A DNA stretch of 64,000 nucleotides. Origin: a virus. Both the position numbers and the translations under genes were made by a program. Below, piece after piece: positions 1 through 8,645 of this stretch (its first letter is position 1; each line of letters begins with the position of its first letter). Location of the stretch: IMG/VR virus record IMGVR_UViG_3300037755_000828, positions 30,860 through 94,859 of that record; one strand, 5' to 3'. A model generated the notes under the pieces. The model saw only the letters and a program-made list of their open reading frames with translations. It was not told the DNA's origin and ran no database searches.

Positions 1-662
1 GCGTTGGGCAGCGGCAGCAGCTCGGCGGGTGCATCGGCGATCGCGACTTGATAGCGCAGCCGGCTGAGGTCGCGAAGAAGGTGTGCACCCGACCGCGCAC
101 CGGCAAAGGTCGGGCAGCGCGGAGATCGCTCACCAAACACCCACCTAGAGGCGGTGTTTGCGTTCGGGGTTCGGGGTTCCCGCGGGATCTCGCCCCTCGG
201 CAACCGTCACAACGCGCCCGCGAGGGTGTCTCCGCTACCGTAATTCCTTCTCCAGCCGTTGCTGCCACATCGGACCTCGCCACGCCCGAACAGCTCCCGG
301 CCGGCCGAAACTCCCGCTGACGACGCGCCTGTCGTTACCGACACAAAACTACTAGACAACCAAAACAAACGCGCACGACCGATTTGGTGGTGCGCGTTTG
401 CAAGCGGGGACGGTGTTTCATGGGGCGTCCTCTTGCCTCTCTCCTTTCGTCGCCCGTCCTGGAGTCTCTCCAGGCACCATGCCGTCCTTGCTCAGGCGGG
501 GATACCGTCGCCGATGCCGCGCATTCCCCGGGTGACACAAAGGACTCGCGCCGAGGTCAGCGCCCGTGCTAGCGTTGCGCACCCAAAGAAAAGAGGCCCG
601 CAGCGTGACTTGCGGACCTCTTGGGGTGAACACCGGACCAGCAAAAGGACCCCGGCGAACCC

Positions 663-917
663 ATGCAGAATACTCCAAAATCGCCCACAGGCGCAACGTC
701 AATCGCCCTCCCGCTCACTTTTGCCGAGCTCCTCGACCTCGACCTGGACGAGCAAGCCCGCGCAGTAGCAGCGTGCACGTCGTTGAAGTTCGAGGATGCC
801 CGCGACATCCTGCGCGTTCGGACCCTGTACATGCCGGATCGGCCATGGACCGAGCTTCTCGCCCACGGCGAAGAGGCATGGGAGTTCATGGGCGCGCTGT
901 TCGGAGACGACCTGTGA
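663..917 (+). CDS. Hypothetical protein
   Basis: AAGGA upstream; GTGA overlap with next gene. Confidence 0.6.
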   Translation: MQNTPKSPTGATSIALPLTFAELLDLDLDEQARAVAACTSLKFEDARDILRVRTLYMPDRPWTELLAHGEEAWEFMGALFGDDL

Positions 918-1822
918 AGGTGCGCGCGGCGGCCTCCGAGGCAGAGCCAAGGCCAAGGCGCCCGCGTCGAGCCTCAGCTCCAGCGCTGCAGCACCCCACC
1001 TTTCTCCGCCGCCTCGCGCTCCTCGAACTGCCCCGAGGCCCCGGCCGCGCCCACGCCCCGATCATCTTCTTGTTCCTGGCCTCGCACCTGCGCCGGTCCG
1101 GCAGCACCGTCGTCTGGCCAAGCAACGACCGGATCGCCCGCTGCACCGGCCTGTCCCTCCGCGCCGTCGAGCGCGGGATCGCCTACCTCCGCGCGATCAA
1201 GAAGATCACCGTCTCCCACGCCCTGCGCCCCGCATCCCGGGCCATGCCTCGCCGCAAGGTCGGGCGGATCATCGAGCTCCACCTGACCGACGAAGGCGGC
1301 CCCAACCCGATCGTCCGCTTCCCGTCCCCGCGGACCATGGCCTGGGTCTGGCGCAGCTGCCGAGCTGTTCGAAGTCGACCCGCTGCGCTCGTGGCCGTCG
1401 CCGTCGCCGAGCTCGTCATCGCCGCCGCAGAGCTGGGTGACGATCTCACCGAGGCCGCCTTCGTCGGTGCTCCTATCGAGATGATCCGCTCGCTCGTCGG
1501 CGCTCCACACGGCGGCGCCTTCAATCGCCGTCTCGATGACCTCGAGCGCGCAGGGGTTCTCGATCGCGCAGGCTCGCACTGGCGCTCGGGCGCGATCGTC
1601 CAGCTCCCGCCCCGCCCCGCCGCGCGCCCGCTCCCGACTCCGCTTCCGCAGCTCCTGCCCGCTCCGATGCAGCGCGTCGGGCATTTTCCCGCTGCGAACG
1701 ACGGGCCGACGATCGAGGAGATCGACAAGATCAACGCCGAGGTCGCGGCGGCCCTGCGCTGGCGGGGCGGCTCCGAAGCTCGACCAGCTCGCGGATCTGC
1801 GTCGGGGGCGACGTCGGCGTGA
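914..1822 (+). CDS. Winged-HTH (HTH_36-like) protein, possible replication initiator
   Basis: VWPSNDRIARCTGLSLRAVERGIAYL motif; start reassigned to GTG 914, coupled to upstream stop. Confidence 0.65.
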   Translation: MKVRAAASEAEPRPRRPRRASAPALQHPTFLRRLALLELPRGPGRAHAPIIFLFLASHLRRSGSTVVWPSNDRIARCTGLSLRAVERGIAYLRAIKKITVSHALRPASRAMPRRKVGRIIELHLTDEGGPNPIVRFPSPRTMAWVWRSCRAVRSRPAALVAVAVAELVIAAAELGDDLTEAAFVGAPIEMIRSLVGAPHGGAFNRRLDDLERAGVLDRAGSHWRSGAIVQLPPRPAARPLPTPLPQLLPAPMQRVGHFPAANDGPTIEEIDKINAEVAAALRWRGGSEARPARGSASGATSA

Positions 1823-2349
1823 GCACCGACCGGGATTGGCTCGACAAGCCTGCGCAGGTGCTGTTCGAGCGGCTGCGTGCGCATCGCCTCGAGGTCGCCA
1901 AAGCCGAAGGTGTGCCGCCCTACGTGGTCGCTACCGATCGGTCCTTGCGAGAGGTCGCGCTGCTGCGGCCCCGGGATCTTGCGGGGCTGCGGCTTGCCTA
2001 CGGGATCGGCCCGGCCAAGGTCGAGCGCTACGGCGAAGGACTGCTCGACGTCATCCGCGAGCACGGTGGCGACGGCGACGGCGATGGCGATGGCGATGGC
2101 GATGGCGACGGTGATGGCGATGGCGATCCCGGTCGCCCGCTCGAGGGGAAGGCGATCGACATCCTGATCCGCCTTGCCTCCGAGCGGGCTGTCCGCGAAC
2201 TCGATCCGAGGGAAGCCGAGCTCCTGATGCTCACCGAAACATGGCTGCGCTCGGAGACCGACGGCATGGCGCCCCCGTGGCTGACTGATCGGCGTCTTCA
2301 CGGGTTGGAGGCAGCTGCCCTTCGATGGCGGGACAGTGAGCGGTTTTGA
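1819..2349 (+). CDS. Stand-alone HRDC domain protein with (Gly-Asp)10 linker
   Basis: LFERLRAHRLEVAKAEGVPPYVVATDRSLREVA...GIGPAKVERYGE matches the RecQ HRDC pattern. Confidence 0.85.
   Translation: MSTDRDWLDKPAQVLFERLRAHRLEVAKAEGVPPYVVATDRSLREVALLRPRDLAGLRLAYGIGPAKVERYGEGLLDVIREHGGDGDGDGDGDGDGDGDGDGDPGRPLEGKAIDILIRLASERAVRELDPREAELLMLTETWLRSETDGMAPPWLTDRRLHGLEAAALRWRDSERF
2068..2127 (+). repeat. Hexamer tandem repeat (GGYGAY)x10, in frame
   Basis: Read directly. Confidence 0.95.
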
Positions 2350-2379
2350 GCTACGGCACGAAAATCGTGAGGCGACGGC

Positions 2380-2408
2380 TTGACGGATAAACCGGGTGGG
2401 TTTATCTT
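2380..2408 (+). promoter_or_regulatory. Sigma70-type promoter TTGACG-N17-TATCTT with palindromic operator GATAAACC-N5-GGTTTATC (2386-2406); leaderless to ATG 2415
   Basis: Near-consensus boxes, 17-nt spacer, ATG 6 nt after -10. Confidence 0.85.
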
Positions 2409-2414
2409 CTGTTC

Positions 2415-2735
2415 ATGACCGCCTCCGCCACCACCCAGATCACCGCCTCCCCCGCCAAGCTCCGTGACGGCTCTTGGGGCGCCCGATGCCCAGGCCGCGC
2501 TCCCGCGGTGGGCTCGACAATCACCATCCGCACGGCGGGCGGCAAGAGCTGGGACGCCCAGGTCACCAAGGTGGTCGTGCAGTTCGACGACGCGGCGCTC
2601 GTCTCGACCGCGAGCGCGCCGAAGACCTCCGCTCCGGCCCGCTCGACCACGCCCCGCTACTCGACCTACCGCCGCACCGGTTGCGGGTACCCCGGGTGCA
2701 ACGGTCGCAACTTCTGCGACGAGTGCAGCGACTGA
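2415..2735 (+). CDS. Hypothetical early protein with C-terminal Cys cluster
   Basis: Follows promoter; CxxxxC..CxxC at C-terminus. Confidence 0.75.
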   Translation: MTASATTQITASPAKLRDGSWGARCPGRAPAVGSTITIRTAGGKSWDAQVTKVVVQFDDAALVSTASAPKTSAPARSTTPRYSTYRRTGCGYPGCNGRNFCDECSD

Positions 2736-2789
2736 CCCCGACCCGCCGTCGCGAGCACGACTGATTTTCTCCCTACAAGGAACACGACC

Positions 2790-3356
2790 ATGAACACGAC
2801 CACCGCCGCCGAAACCAGCACAACGCAAACCATAACCTTCGCAACGGCCGTCCCGACTGAGATCGCCGACACGCTCGATCTCGGACACGTTGAGGAAAAC
2901 AAGCCACGGCCCAACTACATCGGCTATTGGCGCTCATCCGAAATCGGCGGCGGCTCGCCCCATCACCGCATGCTCGAGCAGGCCCGTGTCGGGGCCGGCG
3001 GCAAGTCGAGCTTCACAATCAATGGGATTCCGGCGGCGGAGTACTACGCGGGAGTGATCGACCGATACGAGCAAGAGTGCGCCGCGTGGGACACCTTGCC
3101 CTGGCCCGGGGACTACATCGATCCGTCCATGCCCGAGCATGAGCGCGAGCGCGTCGCGGTCCTGCTCGACGCTGCGCCGATCGTAGCAGGCTACTGTGGG
3201 TCCAGCAGCGACCGCCTCGGAGGAGACGACCCGCGCTCGACCGGATCGCAGGAGCGTGCGCTGGCTGGCTGGTGCTGGCCGTCGGGGCTGAGCTACTACG
3301 TTCGCACGTACGGGCTGCGGCTCGACCCCGTGTTCATTGAGGCGATCAGCCGATGA
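2790..3356 (+). CDS. Hypothetical protein
   Basis: RBS AAGGAA; ATGA overlap with XRE gene. Confidence 0.75.
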   Translation: MNTTTAAETSTTQTITFATAVPTEIADTLDLGHVEENKPRPNYIGYWRSSEIGGGSPHHRMLEQARVGAGGKSSFTINGIPAAEYYAGVIDRYEQECAAWDTLPWPGDYIDPSMPEHERERVAVLLDAAPIVAGYCGSSSDRLGGDDPRSTGSQERALAGWCWPSGLSYYVRTYGLRLDPVFIEAISR

Positions 3357-3625
3357 ACGCGGGATCTGCTCGGATTCGGATCGCCTCCAACATCACCCGG
3401 CTCGTGATCGAGTGGGCTGCTGCTCGCGAAGCCCAGCTTCCCGTCGCCGAGGCCCAGCTTGCTGAGCTCGCCGGCCTCGGGACCGATCGCCTGACGCCGT
3501 CGCAGCGAGCCACGATGCTACGCAAGATTGCGCGCGGTCTTGCGGCTCCGAGGCTCGAGACGCTTGACCGGCTCGCCGCAGCACTCGAGGTCGACGTGCA
3601 GCGGTTCCTTGATCCGGTGCAGTAG
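3353..3625 (+). CDS. XRE/Cro-family HTH regulator
   Basis: QLAELAGLG...LRKIARGLAAPRLETLDRLAAALEVDV. Confidence 0.8.
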   Translation: MNAGSARIRIASNITRLVIEWAAAREAQLPVAEAQLAELAGLGTDRLTPSQRATMLRKIARGLAAPRLETLDRLAAALEVDVQRFLDPVQ

Positions 3626-3685
3626 CCCGGTCGCAAGCGCCTGACGCCCGGCGTGCTGATCAGCTCCCGCCGGGCGATGGGTCAG

Positions 3686-4093
3686 CTACTCGAAGCACTC
3701 GACGGCCGGGAGCCCGTCAGGCGTGGTCGTGGTCCGACCCCAATCGCACTGGCCGATGATGTCGTTGGTCGCAGGACACTCGGCCGCCGTCGCCACGCCC
3801 ACGCACCCGCCAGTCTGCAGATCACAGCACACCCACAGCGGCTCGCCGCCGCACTGGCCAACGCCAGCGGCACACGGCGAGCAGTGGTCGGGGTGGCGCT
3901 CGCAGTAGGGACGCGGATCGCATGTGGTCGAGGTTGCTGATCGCTGCTCGTCCGCACGGTCGAGCGCGAGCAGGGTCAGCCCCGAGCTCGCGCCGGCTGT
4001 GGCCGCGAGCGTAACGAAGAGCGCGAGGGCGATCTGCCACCTGCGCGCGGGCTTGTTGGTGGGCGGGATCGTGGGGGTCGTAGTCGGCGTCAT
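3686..4093 (-). CDS. Membrane-anchored/secreted Cys-rich protein
   Basis: Hydrophobic N-terminal segment followed by a Cys-rich domain; ATGA coupling. Confidence 0.7.
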   Translation of the reverse strand: MTPTTTPTIPPTNKPARRWQIALALFVTLAATAGASSGLTLLALDRADEQRSATSTTCDPRPYCERHPDHCSPCAAGVGQCGGEPLWVCCDLQTGGCVGVATAAECPATNDIIGQCDWGRTTTTPDGLPAVECFE

Positions 4094-4497
4094 GGTGGCG
4101 GGGACGGTCGCGCGTCTTTGGGCAACTCGCAAGCGTCCGCGAGCACGGCGAAATAGTCGATCGCTGTGCGGGCGTCATGCACCGCCCGTGCGCACAACTG
4201 CTCTGTCTCCGCAGACACCTGGCAACGCTTGTCCGTCGCCGTCGTCACCGGCTCGACCACGACCGTCGGCGGCTCGACGGGGACCGGTGCAGGCGCGCTG
4301 ACCATCGTGAGGCCCACCCCCCCGCCAGCACCGGCGAGAGCGACCGCAAGGTTTTTCAGCGCTCGCGAGCCCATACGCCGGATCGCCCGGCGCACGGCCT
4401 CCTCCTCGGGCCACTCGTCGCCGTCGTCGGGCGGCCGGGCCTGCACTCGGCCTTGCACGGTCGACAGGCTCGCGCGCGTGTCGGGGTCACCTGCCAC
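4090..4497 (-). CDS. Putative single-pass membrane protein
   Basis: Hydrophobic segment and Pro/Thr linker; TACAGT-N6-GTG upstream. Confidence 0.6.
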   Translation of the reverse strand: MAGDPDTRASLSTVQGRVQARPPDDGDEWPEEEAVRRAIRRMGSRALKNLAVALAGAGGGVGLTMVSAPAPVPVEPPTVVVEPVTTATDKRCQVSAETEQLCARAVHDARTAIDYFAVLADACELPKDARPSPPP

Positions 4498-4624
4498 TCG
4501 ATGACTGTACTCTCAATCAAGCGCCAGATTCGCCAGCCCCGGTAATGGGCTGCGCGGCGTGGCAACGAGGCCCCTCGCTCTGGGCTGGGCCGCGGCCCGG
4601 GTCGAGATCTCGCCGCGCGCTTGC

Positions 4625-4993
4625 TCACGATCCCAGGCGAAGCGCAACGAGCTCGGCTTCCACCACGCTCGCGTCGCAGTTGGCCGCCACCGACTTCGCC
4701 AGCGCATAGGCCCGCGCCAGCCACGATCCGCCCGCGGGCCACGAGCTGCTCGCCGCAAGCATGGTGGCCCGCTCCACGAGCAGCCTGCGCGCAACAGCCA
4801 GCCGATCCCGTAGTGGCTGGACCATCACCGCGTCGAGTTCGGCATCGCGATCGACGTACGCCTGCAGCGACGTGTGGCCCTGGTCCAATGTCAGCTCGTC
4901 GAGCGCGGCCCACTTCTTCCGCGCTGCCGCGGCGACCTCGGCCTCGAGCTCATCCATCCACAGCGCCACGGCCAACAGTTGTTCGATCTTCAT
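4625..4993 (-). CDS. Hypothetical protein
   Basis: ATGA coupling, GC3-biased codons. Confidence 0.6.
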   Translation of the reverse strand: MKIEQLLAVALWMDELEAEVAAAARKKWAALDELTLDQGHTSLQAYVDRDAELDAVMVQPLRDRLAVARRLLVERATMLAASSSWPAGGSWLARAYALAKSVAANCDASVVEAELVALRLGS

Positions 4994-6042
4994 ACGGACT
5001 CCTCGAGCGCCTCAACTCGCGCGTGACCCAGCGTCGCGCGAGCCGCCGCAAGGTCACTTGCGGGGACGGTGATCGTCTGGCCAAGCGCAAACGCCCGGTC
5101 GAACATCGTATTTCCCGGCGGCCAGATGGCCTTCGGCGCAAAACGTACCGCGTACTGGATCACCAGTCCCTGGAACCTGACGATCCCCTCTTGGTGCGGC
5201 TGCAGGAGCTCGGCGTCGAGGTCAGCGTAGCGCGCTGCGTAGCGCGGCCCGTCGCCAGCCCCACGAGGAAATTCCTGCAGCAAGATCGTTGACCTGCGCT
5301 TGAGCGCGGCCCTGCGCTCCACGTCGTACTCGGCGAAGATCTCGCACGCGGCTCGCAGCAGAGCCTTGCGCCGCGTGGGCGTGTTCTTGATCGGCGGCGA
5401 GGCGGGCGCAGCGAGGTCCGCATCGCACCGGAGGTGATCGTCGAGGTCGCCAAGCAGCTGAGCATCCAGGCGCTGCCGCTCCTCCAGCTCGAGCTCGATG
5501 CGGCGGCGGGTCGGCAAGACCAACTCCAGCTCGCGTAGCGCGGTGTCGTCGTAGTTGACGACGCGTCGCCACGAGCGCCTGGACCGAGGCGAACTCGGGA
5601 CCCTGCGAATCTGGGCCGGTGGCAGCTTGGCCATGAACTCGGCCACGAGATTGTCGCAGCGCTCGCGGTCGCTCTCCTCGATCGTGAGGATCCTGTCCGT
5701 CTCCGCGTCGATCTCGGCCTCGGTGATCTTCAGCGTCCGCGCGAGCTGGTCAATCGCGACGATCCGACGATCCGCGGTGTCGACCGGCGCACGCATGATG
5801 TAGTGCACCCCTTCGTCGACCTCGTAGATCGGCTGGCCGCTCGCCATCCTGCGCACGAGCCAAAGGTGCTCGACGAACACCAGCCGCGCGGCAAGCCGGT
5901 CGGGCTCACGCTCGTCTTCCGCCGCGAGCTTCAGGGCCTCGAGCTCGGCGATCTTCGCCTCGCCGAATCGGAGCAGCGCCACCGACCTCGCGTGGAGCGT
6001 CAGCAAGCGGCGGCGCGCGTCGTCGAGGTCAGCGATCTTCAC
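4990..6042 (-). CDS. Hypothetical protein
   Basis: 350 aa ORF within coupled leftward operon. Confidence 0.65.
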   Translation of the reverse strand: MKIADLDDARRRLLTLHARSVALLRFGEAKIAELEALKLAAEDEREPDRLAARLVFVEHLWLVRRMASGQPIYEVDEGVHYIMRAPVDTADRRIVAIDQLARTLKITEAEIDAETDRILTIEESDRERCDNLVAEFMAKLPPAQIRRVPSSPRSRRSWRRVVNYDDTALRELELVLPTRRRIELELEERQRLDAQLLGDLDDHLRCDADLAAPASPPIKNTPTRRKALLRAACEIFAEYDVERRAALKRRSTILLQEFPRGAGDGPRYAARYADLDAELLQPHQEGIVRFQGLVIQYAVRFAPKAIWPPGNTMFDRAFALGQTITVPASDLAAARATLGHARVEALEESV

Positions 6043-6475
6043 TTGGCCGCACCCGCATCTCGATACGAGGGTTCAGCTTGTCGATGAACTTCCGCGCCCG
6101 GACTTCGACGACGCGAGCGTCATCGTCGAGCACGCCGGCTTTCTCGAGCGCGTCGAGAGTCAGCTTCAGCGGAGCGTCCACGTCCCCCAACGCGAGATCC
6201 ACAGTCCTCGGCAACGCTCGGCGACGTGGCCAATAGCTGTCGATCTCCACCGTGACCTGGCCGGCTCGGCTGACCGCTTCCACTGCGGCCGGCTGTGCCA
6301 GCGCGCTCGCCCAGACGATATCCGCCGCCGCGACCTTGGAAGCTCGGACCGTTCCAACGTCAACGATCCGAGCTTGGTTCTTGATGACGATCGCCTTCTT
6401 GGCGTTGTTGATCGCCAGTAATCCCGGGTTCCCGACGATGACGATCGTGAGTATGTGGTTCTCGTTTTCGTTCAT
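6029..6475 (-). CDS. rusA: RusA-family Holliday junction resolvase
   Basis: DVDAPLKLTLDALEKAGVLDDDARV matches D.D..K...DAL...G...DD. Confidence 0.8.
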   Translation of the reverse strand: MNENENHILTIVIVGNPGLLAINNAKKAIVIKNQARIVDVGTVRASKVAAADIVWASALAQPAAVEAVSRAGQVTVEIDSYWPRRRALPRTVDLALGDVDAPLKLTLDALEKAGVLDDDARVVEVRARKFIDKLNPRIEMRVRPSEDR

Positions 6476-7452
6476 GGCGAGCCCTCGGAGATCTTCTGGG
6501 CAGCGATGCGAGCCCAGTCCCAAGCCGTGCGCGAGGCCTGTCGCTGCCACGCGCGGTTCGATAGCGACCAAATGAACCCGTAGCCGCGCATCAGCTGCGA
6601 CCGAGCCTTGCGTCCGGCGGGGCCAGGATCCGGCGAGTACAGGCGCATCCGATTGGCCTCCGCGTCCCACTCGATCCGGCACTCGCCGATCTCGACGTCG
6701 TCAGGGGTGGTCGCCACGGCTGCGCGTTCGAGCTCGGTGATCCGGGCCTTGATCCGCCGGATGTTTGCGCCGAGGTTGGTGAGCACGTAGGCGTCAGCGA
6801 TCGGCTTGCCTGCCTTCTTCGCGGCTCGGTTGTGGGCCTTGATCCGCTCGCGCTTGGCTTCGTGCTCAGCGAGGCTCTCGCGCAGCTTCATGATCGCGTC
6901 GGGGTCGTCGCTGCTCACCGCCCGGCTCGACTCGCTCGCGTCAGCCAGGCGCTCGAGGTGCTCGGCGTCCTTGCGCTGATCGATGCTGCGGCGCATGAGC
7001 CCGTGGCTCTTTTCCAGGTCCCGGCGGTGCCGCTTCTCGCTGTGGTGCCCGATCTTGATCGGCTCGCCGCCGTAGGGGAGCATGTTGCGCGAGCGCTCCT
7101 GATCCGCGTCGGCCTGGGCGGTGAGCTTCGAGGCTCGCTCGCGGCGACGGTCGTTCTTGCCGTCGCGCTTGTCGGCGAACGCTTGACGCCTGCGCTCACA
7201 CTCGGCGCACGGCGACCGCTCGACGAACCGGGTGGCATCGTCTTCGTCAAAAACCAGGTCGACCTCGGCGCCCGGGACCCAGTACGGGCACCCCTCGGGC
7301 GCGACGTCGATGAGCTCGCCGGCCTCATTGCGCCCTCCGAGCGGCGAGTGCTCGTCCTCGAGCCACCTGGACATGTGATCGGCTGGGTCGCCAAGCAAGA
7401 CCGACCAGCGGTCGTAGTAGCCGCGGCCGCGGCAGAGCGGGCATGCCTTCAC
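6472..7452 (-). CDS. DUF3560 domain protein
   Basis: GEPIKIGHHSEKRHRRD...SSDDPDAIMKL signature. Confidence 0.85.
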   Translation of the reverse strand: MKACPLCRGRGYYDRWSVLLGDPADHMSRWLEDEHSPLGGRNEAGELIDVAPEGCPYWVPGAEVDLVFDEDDATRFVERSPCAECERRRQAFADKRDGKNDRRRERASKLTAQADADQERSRNMLPYGGEPIKIGHHSEKRHRRDLEKSHGLMRRSIDQRKDAEHLERLADASESSRAVSSDDPDAIMKLRESLAEHEAKRERIKAHNRAAKKAGKPIADAYVLTNLGANIRRIKARITELERAAVATTPDDVEIGECRIEWDAEANRMRLYSPDPGPAGRKARSQLMRGYGFIWSLSNRAWQRQASRTAWDWARIAAQKISEGSP

Positions 7453-7488
7453 GCTGCACCTCGGGTGTATTCGGCCATCGGCTTTCGT

Positions 7489-8025
7489 TCAGACATCGCT
7501 GTTCTCTCCCTGTTGCTCGGGCGCTACCACCAGCCGCAGGCCCTCGTGCGTTTGCGGTGGCGTGGTCAGGGCCCGCTCGCATTCGTGGCGGAGCAGCTCA
7601 ACCCACAACCCCACATACAGCGGAGCCCAGCCGCGCGTGAAGATGCTGGCGCGCTGGGCCTCGTCGATCAGGTCGAGCGCCGCGTGACCGGACGCGCAGC
7701 CGTACTCGCTCTCGACGACCACCGGGCCGTGCGAGTACCGGCTCAGCTCGATCGTCGACTCGCTCGCCACCGAGCGCGGCTTGGGCGGGATCACCACTTC
7801 GACGACGAACTTATCCGGGCCTTCGAGCCTGGGCACGACACGACGCGAGATGCACAGATCGATCGCCTTGATGGCGACACCCAGCGCTCGGCATTCAAGG
7901 GCGATTTGCGACGCGCCAAACGTGTCAAGATCGGCGACCCGCTCGGCCCACCGATCATCGACACGCTTGTGTTGCGTGCGCCATTGATCGGCTGCGTCTC
8001 GCAGGCGCTGAATATCTGGGGGCAT
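7489..8025 (-). CDS. Hypothetical protein (start set by ECF promoter geometry)
   Basis: In-frame ATG 8025 is 30 nt from GGAAT. Confidence 0.6.
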   Translation of the reverse strand: MPPDIQRLRDAADQWRTQHKRVDDRWAERVADLDTFGASQIALECRALGVAIKAIDLCISRRVVPRLEGPDKFVVEVVIPPKPRSVASESTIELSRYSHGPVVVESEYGCASGHAALDLIDEAQRASIFTRGWAPLYVGLWVELLRHECERALTTPPQTHEGLRLVVAPEQQGENSDV

Positions 8026-8035
8026 TGACCCCGCC

Positions 8036-8060
8036 AACAGGGTCGGGTTAGCGGTATTCC
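8036..8060 (-). promoter_or_regulatory. ECF-type promoter GGAAT-N17-GTT
   Basis: 30 nt to ATG 8025. Confidence 0.75.
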
Positions 8061-8072
8061 CGGCGGTAGCGA

Positions 8073-8645
8073 TCACCAATCCACAGCTGCCGGAGCGTCG
8101 CGCCTGCGCCGTCCCATCACCGGGATCCGCTCACGCATGGGCCGCTCGACGGGCGGAGCTGCAGCCACGGCTACGCGTGCTGGCTTCGGTGCTGGTGCGG
8201 GCGTCGGCGCGACAGGTAGGACATGCCGCTCCCAGCAGATCGCCGCGCACGTAGGCGAGCCGCTGCGCGACAAGAACGCGGGCCCGTTGCACCGTCGGCA
8301 CCGGTGCAGCTCGGCCGTCTGTGCGGACTCGACCCGATTCATCAGGCGCCCGATGATCGCGGTGATCGTGCCCACCCGGTGCACCGCGCGGTCCTTGGCG
8401 AGCCCGCGATCTTGCGGCTTGCCCTCGTAGACCAGCGCGACCCGGATCGCATCCTCGCCGACCGCCCGGACCTGGTCCTGGACGATCGTGGTGTAGACCA
8501 TGACGGTGACGTTCGGCTCGCGCGCGCGGACGTAGACCGCCTCGCGGTAGCCGCTGCGCTTGGTGAACCCGAGCTGCTCGAGCTTGACGATGATGGCCGC
8601 CGCGAGCTCGCGGCGCTGGGTTGGGTTGGTCGGTTCGTACGCCAT
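8073..8645 (-). CDS. Hypothetical protein with C-terminal Cys motif
   Basis: TGATG overlap with helicase stop; CRRC...CAAIC. Confidence 0.7.
   Translation of the reverse strand: MAYEPTNPTQRRELAAAIIVKLEQLGFTKRSGYREAVYVRAREPNVTVMVYTTIVQDQVRAVGEDAIRVALVYEGKPQDRGLAKDRAVHRVGTITAIIGRLMNRVESAQTAELHRCRRCNGPAFLSRSGSPTCAAICWERHVLPVAPTPAPAPKPARVAVAAAPPVERPMRERIPVMGRRRRDAPAAVDW

Noticed and set aside
366-400. 11-bp inverted repeat in the low-coding 130-660 region as a replication origin
   Set aside because: The hairpin is real, but no iterons or AT-rich unwinding tract were seen; function unsupported
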